From: Deltaproteobacteria bacterium
GTDB taxonomy: Bacteria; Myxococcota; Kuafuiibacteriia; Kuafuiibacteriales; Kuafuiibacteriaceae
DNA: 64,000 bases
Assembly: GCA_040218735.1 (NCBI GenBank)
Contig: JAVJQW010000042.1
Span: 1 to 64,000, forward strand
Direction: 5' to 3'
In this document: positions 19,588 through 28,008 of the stretch, one piece after another
How positions within the stretch are numbered: position 1 is the stretch's first letter
Layout of the letters: each line of letters starts with the position of its first letter
Translations under genes and position numbers: made by a program
Notes under the pieces: model-generated
Told to the model about the DNA's origin: nothing
The model's database searches: none
The model's input: only the letters and a program-made list of their open reading frames with translations

Positions 19588-20466
19588 TCAGACCTTCGTC
19601 ACCTTGCGCCGACCGAGGAGCCCCTCCGGCCTCAGCGCGAGCACCGCGATGATGATGAAGAACGCGATCGACGCCTGGAACTCCGTCGAGATGTACGCGC
19701 CCGCGAGGGTTTCGATGACGCCGAGCAACCACCCGCCGACGATCGCGCCGGGGATCGAGGAGAGCCCGCCGAGCACCGCCGCGGCGAACGCCTTGAGCAT
19801 CGGCGCGAACATCATCGACGGGTCGAGGAACACCTTCGGCACCAGCAGCAGCCCCGCGGCCGCCGCAAGCGCGGATGCGATGCCCCACGTCACCGCGTGC
19901 AGGCGCTTCACGCGCACGCCCATCAGCTCGGCGGCGGTCTCGTTGTCGAACACCGCGCGCATCGCGACGCCGACGCGCGTGAACCGGAAGAACAACGCGA
20001 GCAACCCGACGATCGCGACGGTGACGACGTTGATCCACAGGTTGTGCTCCGACAGGTACACGTCGCTCCCGACGTTCACGACGCCGGGCTCCGAGAAGTA
20101 GTGATTGAAGTCCTTGGTGTCGGAGCCCCACACCGCGCCCGCCGCGCCCTCCGAGACCATGAACAACGCGATGGTGATCATGACGACGGCGTGGGAGCCG
20201 CCCTCGCGCGCGCGGTCGAGGAGGATCCGGAACGTCCCCGCGCCGAGGACGAACGCAACCAAGGTTGCGCCGAGGAACGACGGGACGAGCCCGAGCCCCT
20301 GCTGGTGGAGCGTGTACGCGACGAACGTCGCGAGCATCGCGAACGAGCCGTGCGCGAAGTGCAGCACACCCGAGCTGCGGTAGATCAGCACGAGGCCCAC
20401 CGCGATCAGCGCGTAGACGCTCCCGGCCGACAGCCCGTTGAGGACGTTCTGGAACAACAGGCCCAT
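19588..20466 (-). CDS. livH: LIV-type ABC permease (LivH-like)
   Basis: GLSAGSVYALIAVGLVLIY..SGVLHFAHG, TRVGVAMRA, AAVLGGL, LRPEGLLG. Confidence 0.9.
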   Translation of the reverse strand: MGLLFQNVLNGLSAGSVYALIAVGLVLIYRSSGVLHFAHGSFAMLATFVAYTLHQQGLGLVPSFLGATLVAFVLGAGTFRILLDRAREGGSHAVVMITIALFMVSEGAAGAVWGSDTKDFNHYFSEPGVVNVGSDVYLSEHNLWINVVTVAIVGLLALFFRFTRVGVAMRAVFDNETAAELMGVRVKRLHAVTWGIASALAAAAGLLLVPKVFLDPSMMFAPMLKAFAAAVLGGLSSIPGAIVGGWLLGVIETLAGAYISTEFQASIAFFIIIAVLALRPEGLLGRRKVTKV

Positions 20467-21452
20467 CAGAACGGCCACGCCTTGAAGTAGAGCCGCATGC
20501 GCAGCCAGCGCCCGCGGAGGCCCATCGGTTCGAAGAGTATGACGAGGATGAGGATCGTGCCGATCGCGACGGTCTGGTAGTCGGCGAACGCGGTGAGGGT
20601 GTGCTCGAGCGTCACGAGGAGCGACGCGCCGAGCACCGAACCGAGGATCGACGCGAGGCCGCCGACCATGATCATCACCAGCAGCTCGATCGAAGTGAGC
20701 AGCGTGAAGTTGCTCGGGTTGATCGAGTCCGACTGGTGCACGAGCAGCGCGCCCGCGAGGCCGGTGATCGCGGCGCTGATCGCAAACGCCATCGTCTTGT
20801 AGACGACGAGGTTCACACCCATCGACTCGGCGGCGGTCTCGTTGTCGCGGATCGCCACGAACGCACGGCCGATCCGCGACCGCGTGAGGTTGTACGCGCC
20901 GATGATCACCAGCGTGGTGACGACGATCGACAGCACCGCGTACGCGCGCGAGGAGAGCTCGACGAAGATCTCCGGCGCGGGCACCGGCAGGCCCATGCGT
21001 CCACCGGTGAGGCTCTCCCACCGCCCGAGGAGCTGGTCGACGGCGACCTGGAAGCCGAGCGTGGAGATCGCGAGGTAGGGGCCTTCGAGTCGGAGCGAGG
21101 GGATGCCGACGATGAAACCGAACGCCCCCGCGACCGCCGCGCCCGCGAGCGCGCCGACGAGGAGCGGTGCGCCCTTGGTGTAGAGGATCGTATGCGTGTA
21201 CGCGCCGATCGCGAGGAACGCGGCGTGACCGAGCGAGATCTGCCCGGCGTACCCCATCAGGAGGTTGAGCCCGATGGCGGCGATGACGAACAGCGCGATG
21301 CGCGTGGTGACGAACACCGCGTAGTCGGGCGCGGGACCGAGCACGAAGCCGACGCACGCGGCGAACGCGAGGACGGCGGCCACCATCCAGCGCCGGTCCT
21401 CGAACAGCGCGAGGTCCTCAGCGTAGTCGCGTACGAGGTCCGGTCGCCGCAT
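20466..21452 (-). CDS. livM: LIV-type ABC permease (LivM-like)
   Basis: GLNLLMGYAGQISLGHAAF, LRLEGPYLAISTL, SRIGRAFVAIRDNE. Confidence 0.9.
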   Translation of the reverse strand: MRRPDLVRDYAEDLALFEDRRWMVAAVLAFAACVGFVLGPAPDYAVFVTTRIALFVIAAIGLNLLMGYAGQISLGHAAFLAIGAYTHTILYTKGAPLLVGALAGAAVAGAFGFIVGIPSLRLEGPYLAISTLGFQVAVDQLLGRWESLTGGRMGLPVPAPEIFVELSSRAYAVLSIVVTTLVIIGAYNLTRSRIGRAFVAIRDNETAAESMGVNLVVYKTMAFAISAAITGLAGALLVHQSDSINPSNFTLLTSIELLVMIMVGGLASILGSVLGASLLVTLEHTLTAFADYQTVAIGTILILVILFEPMGLRGRWLRMRLYFKAWPF

Positions 21453-21514
21453 GGGCGCCGCGAGTCATGCCTCGGACGCGACGTCGGCGTCAAAGGTTGG
21501 CAGGATGGGGGCGC

Positions 21515-22228
21515 TTGGCCGCCAAGAAGAAACGGGGGAAGCGCAAGAAGAGGCGGGTGTCTTGGCCGGTCCGGATCGCTCTGACGCTGGTCGCGGCGGT
21601 GGTGCTGGGGGTGGGTTACGTCGTCGTGACTTGGCCGGACGTGGACGCGATGAAGTCCGGCCCGGTGCGGACCTCGGCGTTCATCGCTTCGACGCCGGGC
21701 GCGAAGCAGCGTTGGCTGCCGTACGCGATGATCGACGACGACATGAAGGTCGCCGTGGTCGCGGCGGAGGACACGACCTTCTACAAACACCACGGGTTCG
21801 ACACGTACGAGATCGGGGAGGCGCTGAAGGACGCGCTGTTCGGTGGTGATGGGTTGCGGGGGGCGTCGACGATCTCGCAGCAGGTCGCGAAGAATCTGTG
21901 GCTGTCGCCGGACCGGTCGTTCGTGCGGAAGCTCAAGGAGGCGGTGCTCACCTGGCAGCTGGAGCGGGCGCTGTCGAAGGAGCGGATCCTGGAGATCTAT
22001 CTGAACGTCGCGGAGTTCGGGCCGGGGGTGTACGGCGTCGAGGCGGCGTCGCAGAAGTACTACGGGCACTCGGCGGCGAGCCTGTCGGTCAACGAGGCGG
22101 CGCGGCTCGCGGCGGGGTTGCCGCGGGGGGCCTGGAACCCGTCGCAGACGAGCGAGGCGTACCTGCAATCGGTGGAGCGGTTGGAGCGACGTATGAAGCG
22201 GCTCGCGTGGCTGCGTGATTTGATCTGA
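21515..22228 (+). CDS. mtgA: Monofunctional peptidoglycan transglycosylase
   Basis: GT51 motifs AAEDTTFYKHHGFD, RGASTISQQVAKNL, RKLKE, KERILEIYLNVAEFG; start uncertain. Confidence 0.92.
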   Translation: MAAKKKRGKRKKRRVSWPVRIALTLVAAVVLGVGYVVVTWPDVDAMKSGPVRTSAFIASTPGAKQRWLPYAMIDDDMKVAVVAAEDTTFYKHHGFDTYEIGEALKDALFGGDGLRGASTISQQVAKNLWLSPDRSFVRKLKEAVLTWQLERALSKERILEIYLNVAEFGPGVYGVEAASQKYYGHSAASLSVNEAARLAAGLPRGAWNPSQTSEAYLQSVERLERRMKRLAWLRDLI

Positions 22229-22267
22229 ACGGGAACCGCCGCGGTGGGTGCGGTGTCCGAAGGTCCG

Positions 22268-22924
22268 ATGAAGAAGTGGCTGGGGTTGGCGCTGGGGATC
22301 GCGGGGGTGTGTGGGCTCCTGCTGGTCATGCAGGACGCGGACGGAACGGACGCGGTACCGGCCGCCGAGGCGCCGGCCGAGGTGGCGCCGAACGAAGCCG
22401 CGCCCGAAGCGGCGCCCGCGGCGGCGGAGGTGGCCGAGGCGACGGCGGCGAAGGCGGGCCCCGCGGAGGCGGCCGAGGCCACGTCGGACGCCTCGGCGCC
22501 GCCGACCCAGGCGCGGACGAGCCTCGTCGAGAAGGCGTGGGCGGAGCGCGCCTCGCAGAAGGCGTTTCAGGGCGAGGACTACGAGAAGAACATCAAGTAC
22601 CCGCTTACGAAGGATGGCATCCAGTCCGCGGTCCGGGCGAGGAAGGACGAGCTGAAGGCCTGCTACGAGGATTGGCAGAAGATGCAGCCGGAGCTCGGCG
22701 GGCGGTTGGTGACGCGGTTCGAGATCACCCGGGACGAGGAGAACGCGGACGTCGCGCGCATACGTGAGGTCTCGCTGCCCGAGTCCGAGCTGGACAACGT
22801 GTTCATGGAGGGGTGCGTGCGCCAGGTGATGGAGACGCTGAAGTTCGACCCGCCGAGCAGCGGGAAGCTGATCGTGAACTACCCCCTGTCGTTCTCGAGC
22901 GCGGAGGAGAAAGCGGAAGATTGA
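22268..22924 (+). CDS. AgmX/PglI C-terminal (TonB-C-like) domain membrane protein
   Basis: N-terminal TM, Ala-rich linker, ACYE...PELGGRLVTRFEI...GCV...LKF..P...VNYP. Confidence 0.8.
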   Translation: MKKWLGLALGIAGVCGLLLVMQDADGTDAVPAAEAPAEVAPNEAAPEAAPAAAEVAEATAAKAGPAEAAEATSDASAPPTQARTSLVEKAWAERASQKAFQGEDYEKNIKYPLTKDGIQSAVRARKDELKACYEDWQKMQPELGGRLVTRFEITRDEENADVARIREVSLPESELDNVFMEGCVRQVMETLKFDPPSSGKLIVNYPLSFSSAEEKAED

Positions 22925-22956
22925 AACGGCGGGCGTGCCGGGTGAAACTGCGCGGT

Positions 22957-24132
22957 ATGACCCGGCTCGCTCACGGCGCTCTCTTCGCCTCTGCCTTTCT
23001 CGTCGTCGCTTGCTCCGGGGGAGACGACGGCGACGACGACGGTCCCGTCCTCCCCCGCGACGGCGGGATGGTCGCGCGCGACGGCGGCGAGAACACCGGG
23101 ATCCGTGACGCGGGCCCCCCGCGCGACGGGGGACCGCGCGACTGCACTTCGAACCCGAACGGCTGCGCGATGAACGAGCTGGTCGGCGCAAACTGCGAGT
23201 GCCTCGCGCAGTGTGAGATGGGGTTCATGTGGAATCAGGTCGAGCAGCGGTGTGATCCGATGGCGCAGGGCGAGTGCGCGATGGACAGCGACTGCGGCGC
23301 CGAGAACTCGTGCCTCGACCTCGCGATGGGCAACATCGCGCCGTGCACGGGCGCCGCGACGTGTCGGTGCCTCCCGACGTGTGATCCGTGGGTTCGCTTC
23401 CAGCAGTCGGGCTGCCCGACGATGTTCGACTTCGGCCAGGGCGACGTCCCGGTGTGGTGCACGTGGACGCGCGGTTCGCAGACGCTCCCCGAAGCGCTGT
23501 GCCTGCCTTACGACATGAACGACAACGACTACGCGGAGGCTTGCGTGGTCACGACCGACATGATGACGGGCAACCGCACGTCGGACAGCTGTGACTTCAA
23601 CCGCAACCTGACTTGCCTGATCGACGGGCGCGACGGCGACTTCAATCGCGGCGTGTGCAGCCGCTTCTGCGACTCGGCCCAGAGCCCGGACCACTGCGAA
23701 GACCTCGGTCCGCAGCGGTGTGTGCCGTACGGCTTCACGGGGATCGATCCGGCGATCGGCATCTGCCAGAACAGCGCCGTCATGGACCTCGGCACCACGT
23801 GCACGTCGAGTGTTACCTGCGCGGGCGGGATCTGCTCGCCGATCCTCGGCAACGCGTGCACGCAGGGGTGCGGTGGGTTCGAGCAGTGTGCAGCGGGGGA
23901 CACGTGCATCAACTTCGGCAACACGACGCCGCCGGAGCAGGCGCGGATGTGTGTGAAGGGCTGCAGCACGGCCGACACGGCCGGCGATGCGGAGTGCCAG
24001 ATGTTGCACCCGACCAACGTCTGCCGTGACATCTTCGGGACGGGCACCACGCTCTGCATCCCGCCGTGCACGCAGATCGGGTGCATCGCGGCGGGCACGA
24101 CCTGCGACGTCGCGTCGGGTCGCTGCATGTGA
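22957..24132 (+). CDS. Cys-rich hypothetical lipoprotein
   Basis: Lipobox VVAC, RDGG/RDAG linker, dozens of Cys in small disulfide modules. Confidence 0.75.
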   Translation: MTRLAHGALFASAFLVVACSGGDDGDDDGPVLPRDGGMVARDGGENTGIRDAGPPRDGGPRDCTSNPNGCAMNELVGANCECLAQCEMGFMWNQVEQRCDPMAQGECAMDSDCGAENSCLDLAMGNIAPCTGAATCRCLPTCDPWVRFQQSGCPTMFDFGQGDVPVWCTWTRGSQTLPEALCLPYDMNDNDYAEACVVTTDMMTGNRTSDSCDFNRNLTCLIDGRDGDFNRGVCSRFCDSAQSPDHCEDLGPQRCVPYGFTGIDPAIGICQNSAVMDLGTTCTSSVTCAGGICSPILGNACTQGCGGFEQCAAGDTCINFGNTTPPEQARMCVKGCSTADTAGDAECQMLHPTNVCRDIFGTGTTLCIPPCTQIGCIAAGTTCDVASGRCM

Positions 24133-25904
24133 GCACCCCCTCAACGCTGGTCGAGGCCTTCTTCGCGCGCACCACCGCCGACGCGGATCGCGTCGCGCTG
24201 CGCCGCAAGCACCTCGGCCTCTGGGAAGAGCTGACCTTCGCCGAATACGCCGAGCGCGTGGAGGCGGTGTCGCGCGCGCTGGTGGAGCTCGGCGTGGCGC
24301 CGGGGACGCCGGTGGGGTTGATCGCCGAGAACCGCCCGGAGTGGTTGTTCACGGATCTGGGGATCATCGCGGCGGGGGCGGTGACGTGTGCGATCTACAC
24401 GACGAGCTCTCCGGAGCAGATCGGCTACATCCTGTCGCACTGCGGGGCGAAGGTCGTCGTCGTCGAAAACGAGGAGCAGCTCGACAAGCTCCTCGTCGTG
24501 CGGGAGTCGCACCCGATCGATCACATCGTGGTGATGGACGAGAAGGGCCTCGCGACGTTCTCCGACCCGGGCGTCCGTTCGTTCGACGCGGTGTTGGAGC
24601 TCGGGCGCAACAGCGACGTGGACCTCGCCGAACGACGCGCGGCGATCCGCGGCGACGACCTGGCGATCCTCGTCTACACGTCCGGCACCACCGGTCCGCC
24701 CAAGGGCGTGATGCTCTCGCACACGAACATCATCTGGGCGTGCCACGCGCTGAAGACCGCGGCGGGGGCGTTCGCCGACGACGAGTTCCTCTCGTTCCTC
24801 CCGCTCTGTCACATCGCGGAGCGCATCGTGACGGTGTTCCACCAGATCGTGAACGGGTCGGTGGTGAGCTTCGCGGAGGCGCTCGACACCGTCGCGGACA
24901 ACCTCGCGGAGGTCCGGCCGAGCTTCCTGTTCGCGGTGCCCCGCATCTGGGAAAAGATGATGAACGGCGTCGAGCTGCGGATGCGCGAGGCGACGTGGTT
25001 CAAGCAGCGCATGTACGCGTGGGCGCTCGAGGTCGGGCGCGAGGCGAACGTGTGCCGGCGCGAGGGGCGCGCGCCGCCGTCCGCGTACGCCGCGGCGGAC
25101 CGGCTGGTGCTGCTGCCGCTGCGCGACAAACTCGGGCTGGATCGCGTGCGCATGGCCGCGACGGGTGCGGCGCCGATCTCCCCGGAGGTCGTTGATTATT
25201 TTCAAGCGATCGGGGTGCCGTTGGTCGAGGTGTACGGTCAGACCGAGAGCTCTGCGGTGATCACGCTGAACTCGCCGGGGTTCCGTGCGCCGGGGAAGGT
25301 CGGCGAGCCGGCGGAGGGGCTCGAGCTGAGGCTGGCCGAGGACGGGGAGATCCTCGCGAAGGGCCCCGGCGTGATGCTTGGTTACTTCGACGAAGCCGAA
25401 GCCACGGCGCGCACGGTGCAGGACGGGTGGCTGCACACGGGGGACGTGGGCGAGCTCGACGACGAGGGCCAGCTCCACATCACCGACCGCAAGAAGGACC
25501 TCATCATCACGGCGGGCGGGAAGAACGTCGCGCCGCAGTACATCGAGAGCAAGCTCCGCACGAGCGCGTACGTGCACGACGCGATCGTGATCGGCGACGG
25601 CCGAAAGTTCCTGACGGCGCTGATCGTGCTCGACGAGGACAACCTCATCGCGTGGGCGCAGCGCGAGCGTGTGCAGTTCGGTGCCTACGCGGAGCTGGCG
25701 AAGAGCCCCGACGTGCTCCGGCTGATCGACGAGGAGGTGAGCGCCGTGAACAAGACGCTCACGCACGTGGAGGCGCTCAAGCGGTTCACGATCCTCGAGC
25801 GCCGGCTCGACACCGACGAAGGGGAGCTCACGCCGACGCTCAAGGTTCGGCGGAAGGTCATCGCGGAGAAGTACGCCGACGCGATCGAGGCGATGTATCG
25901 GTAA
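24129..25904 (+). CDS. AMP-dependent long-chain acyl-CoA ligase (FadD15-like)
   Basis: YTSGTTGPPKG, FLPLCHIAER, VPRIWEK, YGQTE, WLHTGDVG, DRKKDLIITAGGKNVAP, TPTLKVRR. Confidence 0.92.
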   Translation: MSTPSTLVEAFFARTTADADRVALRRKHLGLWEELTFAEYAERVEAVSRALVELGVAPGTPVGLIAENRPEWLFTDLGIIAAGAVTCAIYTTSSPEQIGYILSHCGAKVVVVENEEQLDKLLVVRESHPIDHIVVMDEKGLATFSDPGVRSFDAVLELGRNSDVDLAERRAAIRGDDLAILVYTSGTTGPPKGVMLSHTNIIWACHALKTAAGAFADDEFLSFLPLCHIAERIVTVFHQIVNGSVVSFAEALDTVADNLAEVRPSFLFAVPRIWEKMMNGVELRMREATWFKQRMYAWALEVGREANVCRREGRAPPSAYAAADRLVLLPLRDKLGLDRVRMAATGAAPISPEVVDYFQAIGVPLVEVYGQTESSAVITLNSPGFRAPGKVGEPAEGLELRLAEDGEILAKGPGVMLGYFDEAEATARTVQDGWLHTGDVGELDDEGQLHITDRKKDLIITAGGKNVAPQYIESKLRTSAYVHDAIVIGDGRKFLTALIVLDEDNLIAWAQRERVQFGAYAELAKSPDVLRLIDEEVSAVNKTLTHVEALKRFTILERRLDTDEGELTPTLKVRRKVIAEKYADAIEAMYR

Positions 25905-25986
25905 CGGTCGCCTCGGGAATCTGAGATCACCCCTCGCGAAGACATACTGTTCGGTTTGGCCTAGGATGTGCTCTAGCGGTGGGGCG

Positions 25987-26649
25987 ATGAAGCACGAGAT
26001 CCGCGTCTCCCGACACGGCTTCACCGAGTGCCCTTCGTGCCTCGCCCATATTCGTCTCGACGAAGAGTGGGCGCGGACGACGTGCCCCTTCTGCAAGGCG
26101 TCGCTCCTCGGCGCGGTCCGCGAGGGCCCCCGCGACCTGATGACGGTCCTCCGCACCGTGCATCAGCGCACCGGCGGAGCGCTCGCGGCGTCGCTGCTGA
26201 CGTTCGGCCTCGCGACCGCGTGTGAGGAGACGGGGCTCGACCTCGCGTCGCCTCCGCGCGACGGCGGCCCTGCGGTCACCCAGGAGCACGACGCGGGCTT
26301 CGTCGAAGACGGCGGGTTCGTGGTGCCCGATGCCGGTGTGGTCGACGCCGGCGATACGGTGCCCTCCCCCGAGTACGGACTGCCGCCGATGGACGCCGGT
26401 GTCACCGACGCGCAGGTGGTCGACGCCGGTGATACGCCGGTGACTCCGCTGTACGGGAAGGCACCGCCGCTCGACGGTGGTTCGTTCGACGCTTCGACGC
26501 TCGTCGACGCGGGCGACACGCCCGTCACCCCGCACTACGGTCTGCCGCCTTCGCTCGACGGCGGTGTGGTTCGTGTCGACGCCGGTGAGGCCGACGGGAG
26601 CGTGGACGGACCGCACTACGGCTTGCCGCCGATCGACGGGGGCTCGTGA
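25987..26649 (+). CDS. Putative RiPP/protein precursor: zinc ribbon + lipobox + four P-x-Y-G repeats
   Basis: CPSC...CPFC, hydrophobic stretch ending LATAC, acidic DAG/DGG spacers, PEYGLPP, PLYGKAPP, PHYGLPP, PHYGLPP; GTGA overlap with the rSAM gene. Confidence 0.8.
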   Translation: MKHEIRVSRHGFTECPSCLAHIRLDEEWARTTCPFCKASLLGAVREGPRDLMTVLRTVHQRTGGALAASLLTFGLATACEETGLDLASPPRDGGPAVTQEHDAGFVEDGGFVVPDAGVVDAGDTVPSPEYGLPPMDAGVTDAQVVDAGDTPVTPLYGKAPPLDGGSFDASTLVDAGDTPVTPHYGLPPSLDGGVVRVDAGEADGSVDGPHYGLPPIDGGS

Positions 26650-28004
26650 GCGCCCGTCCGCCGAAGCCGACGCCCCCGATCGGCGCGGCGCCCAAGGCGC
26701 ACTACCGTTCGGTGCGGCCGATCGATCACGATCGTCCGCACCCGCTGTACGTCGTCTGGGAGATCACGCTCGCGTGTGACCTCGGCTGTAAACACTGCGG
26801 CTCGCGCGCCGGCCACGCGCGCACGACGGAGCTGACGACGGAGGAGTGCCTCGACGTCGTCCGTCAGCTCGAAGAGATCGGTGTGCGCGAGGTGACGCTC
26901 ATCGGCGGCGAAGCGTACCTGCGCGAGGACTGGGACCGAATCGCCGCGGACATCACGCGGCGCGGGATGGCGTGTGGCATCACGACCGGCGCGCGCAACC
27001 TCACCGACGAACGCGTGCGGCGCGCGGTCGACGCGGGGGTGCAGTCGATCTCGATCTCCATCGACGGTCTCGAGCGCACGCACGACGCGCAGCGCGGCGC
27101 GAAGGGTTCGTGGCGCGCGGCGTTCGACGCCGCCGAGCGCGTGACCGCGACGCCGATGCGGCTCGCGACGAACACGCAGATCAACCGACTGTCGCTCCCG
27201 GAGATCCCGGCGCTCGCGTCGATGCTCGCCGACGTCGGATCGAAGGCCTGGCAGATCCAGCTCACGGTCCCGATGGGGCGCGCGGCGGACCGGCCGCAGA
27301 TGTTGTTGCAGCCCTACGAGCTCACGGTGGTCTACCCGCTCCTCGTCAACGTGAAGCAGCAGCGCCTCGATCCCGGCGGCGTCGCGCTCTACCCCGGCAA
27401 CAACATCGGCTACTTCGGCCCGTACGAAGCGGCGCTCCGCTACGGCGGCGATCGCGGCGCGCACTGGGGCGGCTGCCCCGCGGGGAAGTGGAGCATCGGC
27501 CTGGAGGCGGACGGCAAGATCAAGGCGTGTCCGTCGCTCCCCTCGTCGACGTTCAGCGGCGGCCTCACCACCGAGATGAGCGTCGCGGAGGCCATCGCGA
27601 ACACGCAGGAGCTGACGTACGTGAAAGACCGCGGCCGCCGCGATCTGTGGGGCCACTGCCAGACCTGTTACTACGCCGACGTCTGCAAGGCAGGTTGCAC
27701 GTGGACGTCGCAGGTCTTCATGGGCCGCCCCGGCAACAACCCGTACTGCATCTACCGCGCGATGGAGCTGGAGAAACGCGGCGTCCGCGAACGCTTCGAA
27801 CGCATCTCCGCAGCACCCGGCGTCCCGTTCGATCAGGGCCGTTTCCGCCTGATCGAGGAGCCGCTCGAGGCGGTCGAGTCGATCGCGGGCCACTCCGTCG
27901 AAGCGGTGATGACGTTGGATTGGCGCTCGGGGGGGATTTGGGACCGCGACGCGATGAAGGCGCTCCTCGCCCCGCAATCGGGCCGCCTCCCCGTCCTCGC
28001 GTAG
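26646..28004 (+). CDS. Radical SAM/SPASM peptide maturase, PlpX splicease-like (TIGR03913/TIGR04103-like)
   Basis: VWEITLACDLGCKHCGSRAG (CX3CX2C), LIGGEAYLR, WQIQLTVPMG, LLQPYEL, PGNNIGYFGPYE, GCPAG..GLEADGKIKACPSL, CQTCYYADVCKAGC..NNPYC. Confidence 0.9.
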   Translation: MSARPPKPTPPIGAAPKAHYRSVRPIDHDRPHPLYVVWEITLACDLGCKHCGSRAGHARTTELTTEECLDVVRQLEEIGVREVTLIGGEAYLREDWDRIAADITRRGMACGITTGARNLTDERVRRAVDAGVQSISISIDGLERTHDAQRGAKGSWRAAFDAAERVTATPMRLATNTQINRLSLPEIPALASMLADVGSKAWQIQLTVPMGRAADRPQMLLQPYELTVVYPLLVNVKQQRLDPGGVALYPGNNIGYFGPYEAALRYGGDRGAHWGGCPAGKWSIGLEADGKIKACPSLPSSTFSGGLTTEMSVAEAIANTQELTYVKDRGRRDLWGHCQTCYYADVCKAGCTWTSQVFMGRPGNNPYCIYRAMELEKRGVRERFERISAAPGVPFDQGRFRLIEEPLEAVESIAGHSVEAVMTLDWRSGGIWDRDAMKALLAPQSGRLPVLA

Positions 28005-28008
28005 TGAC

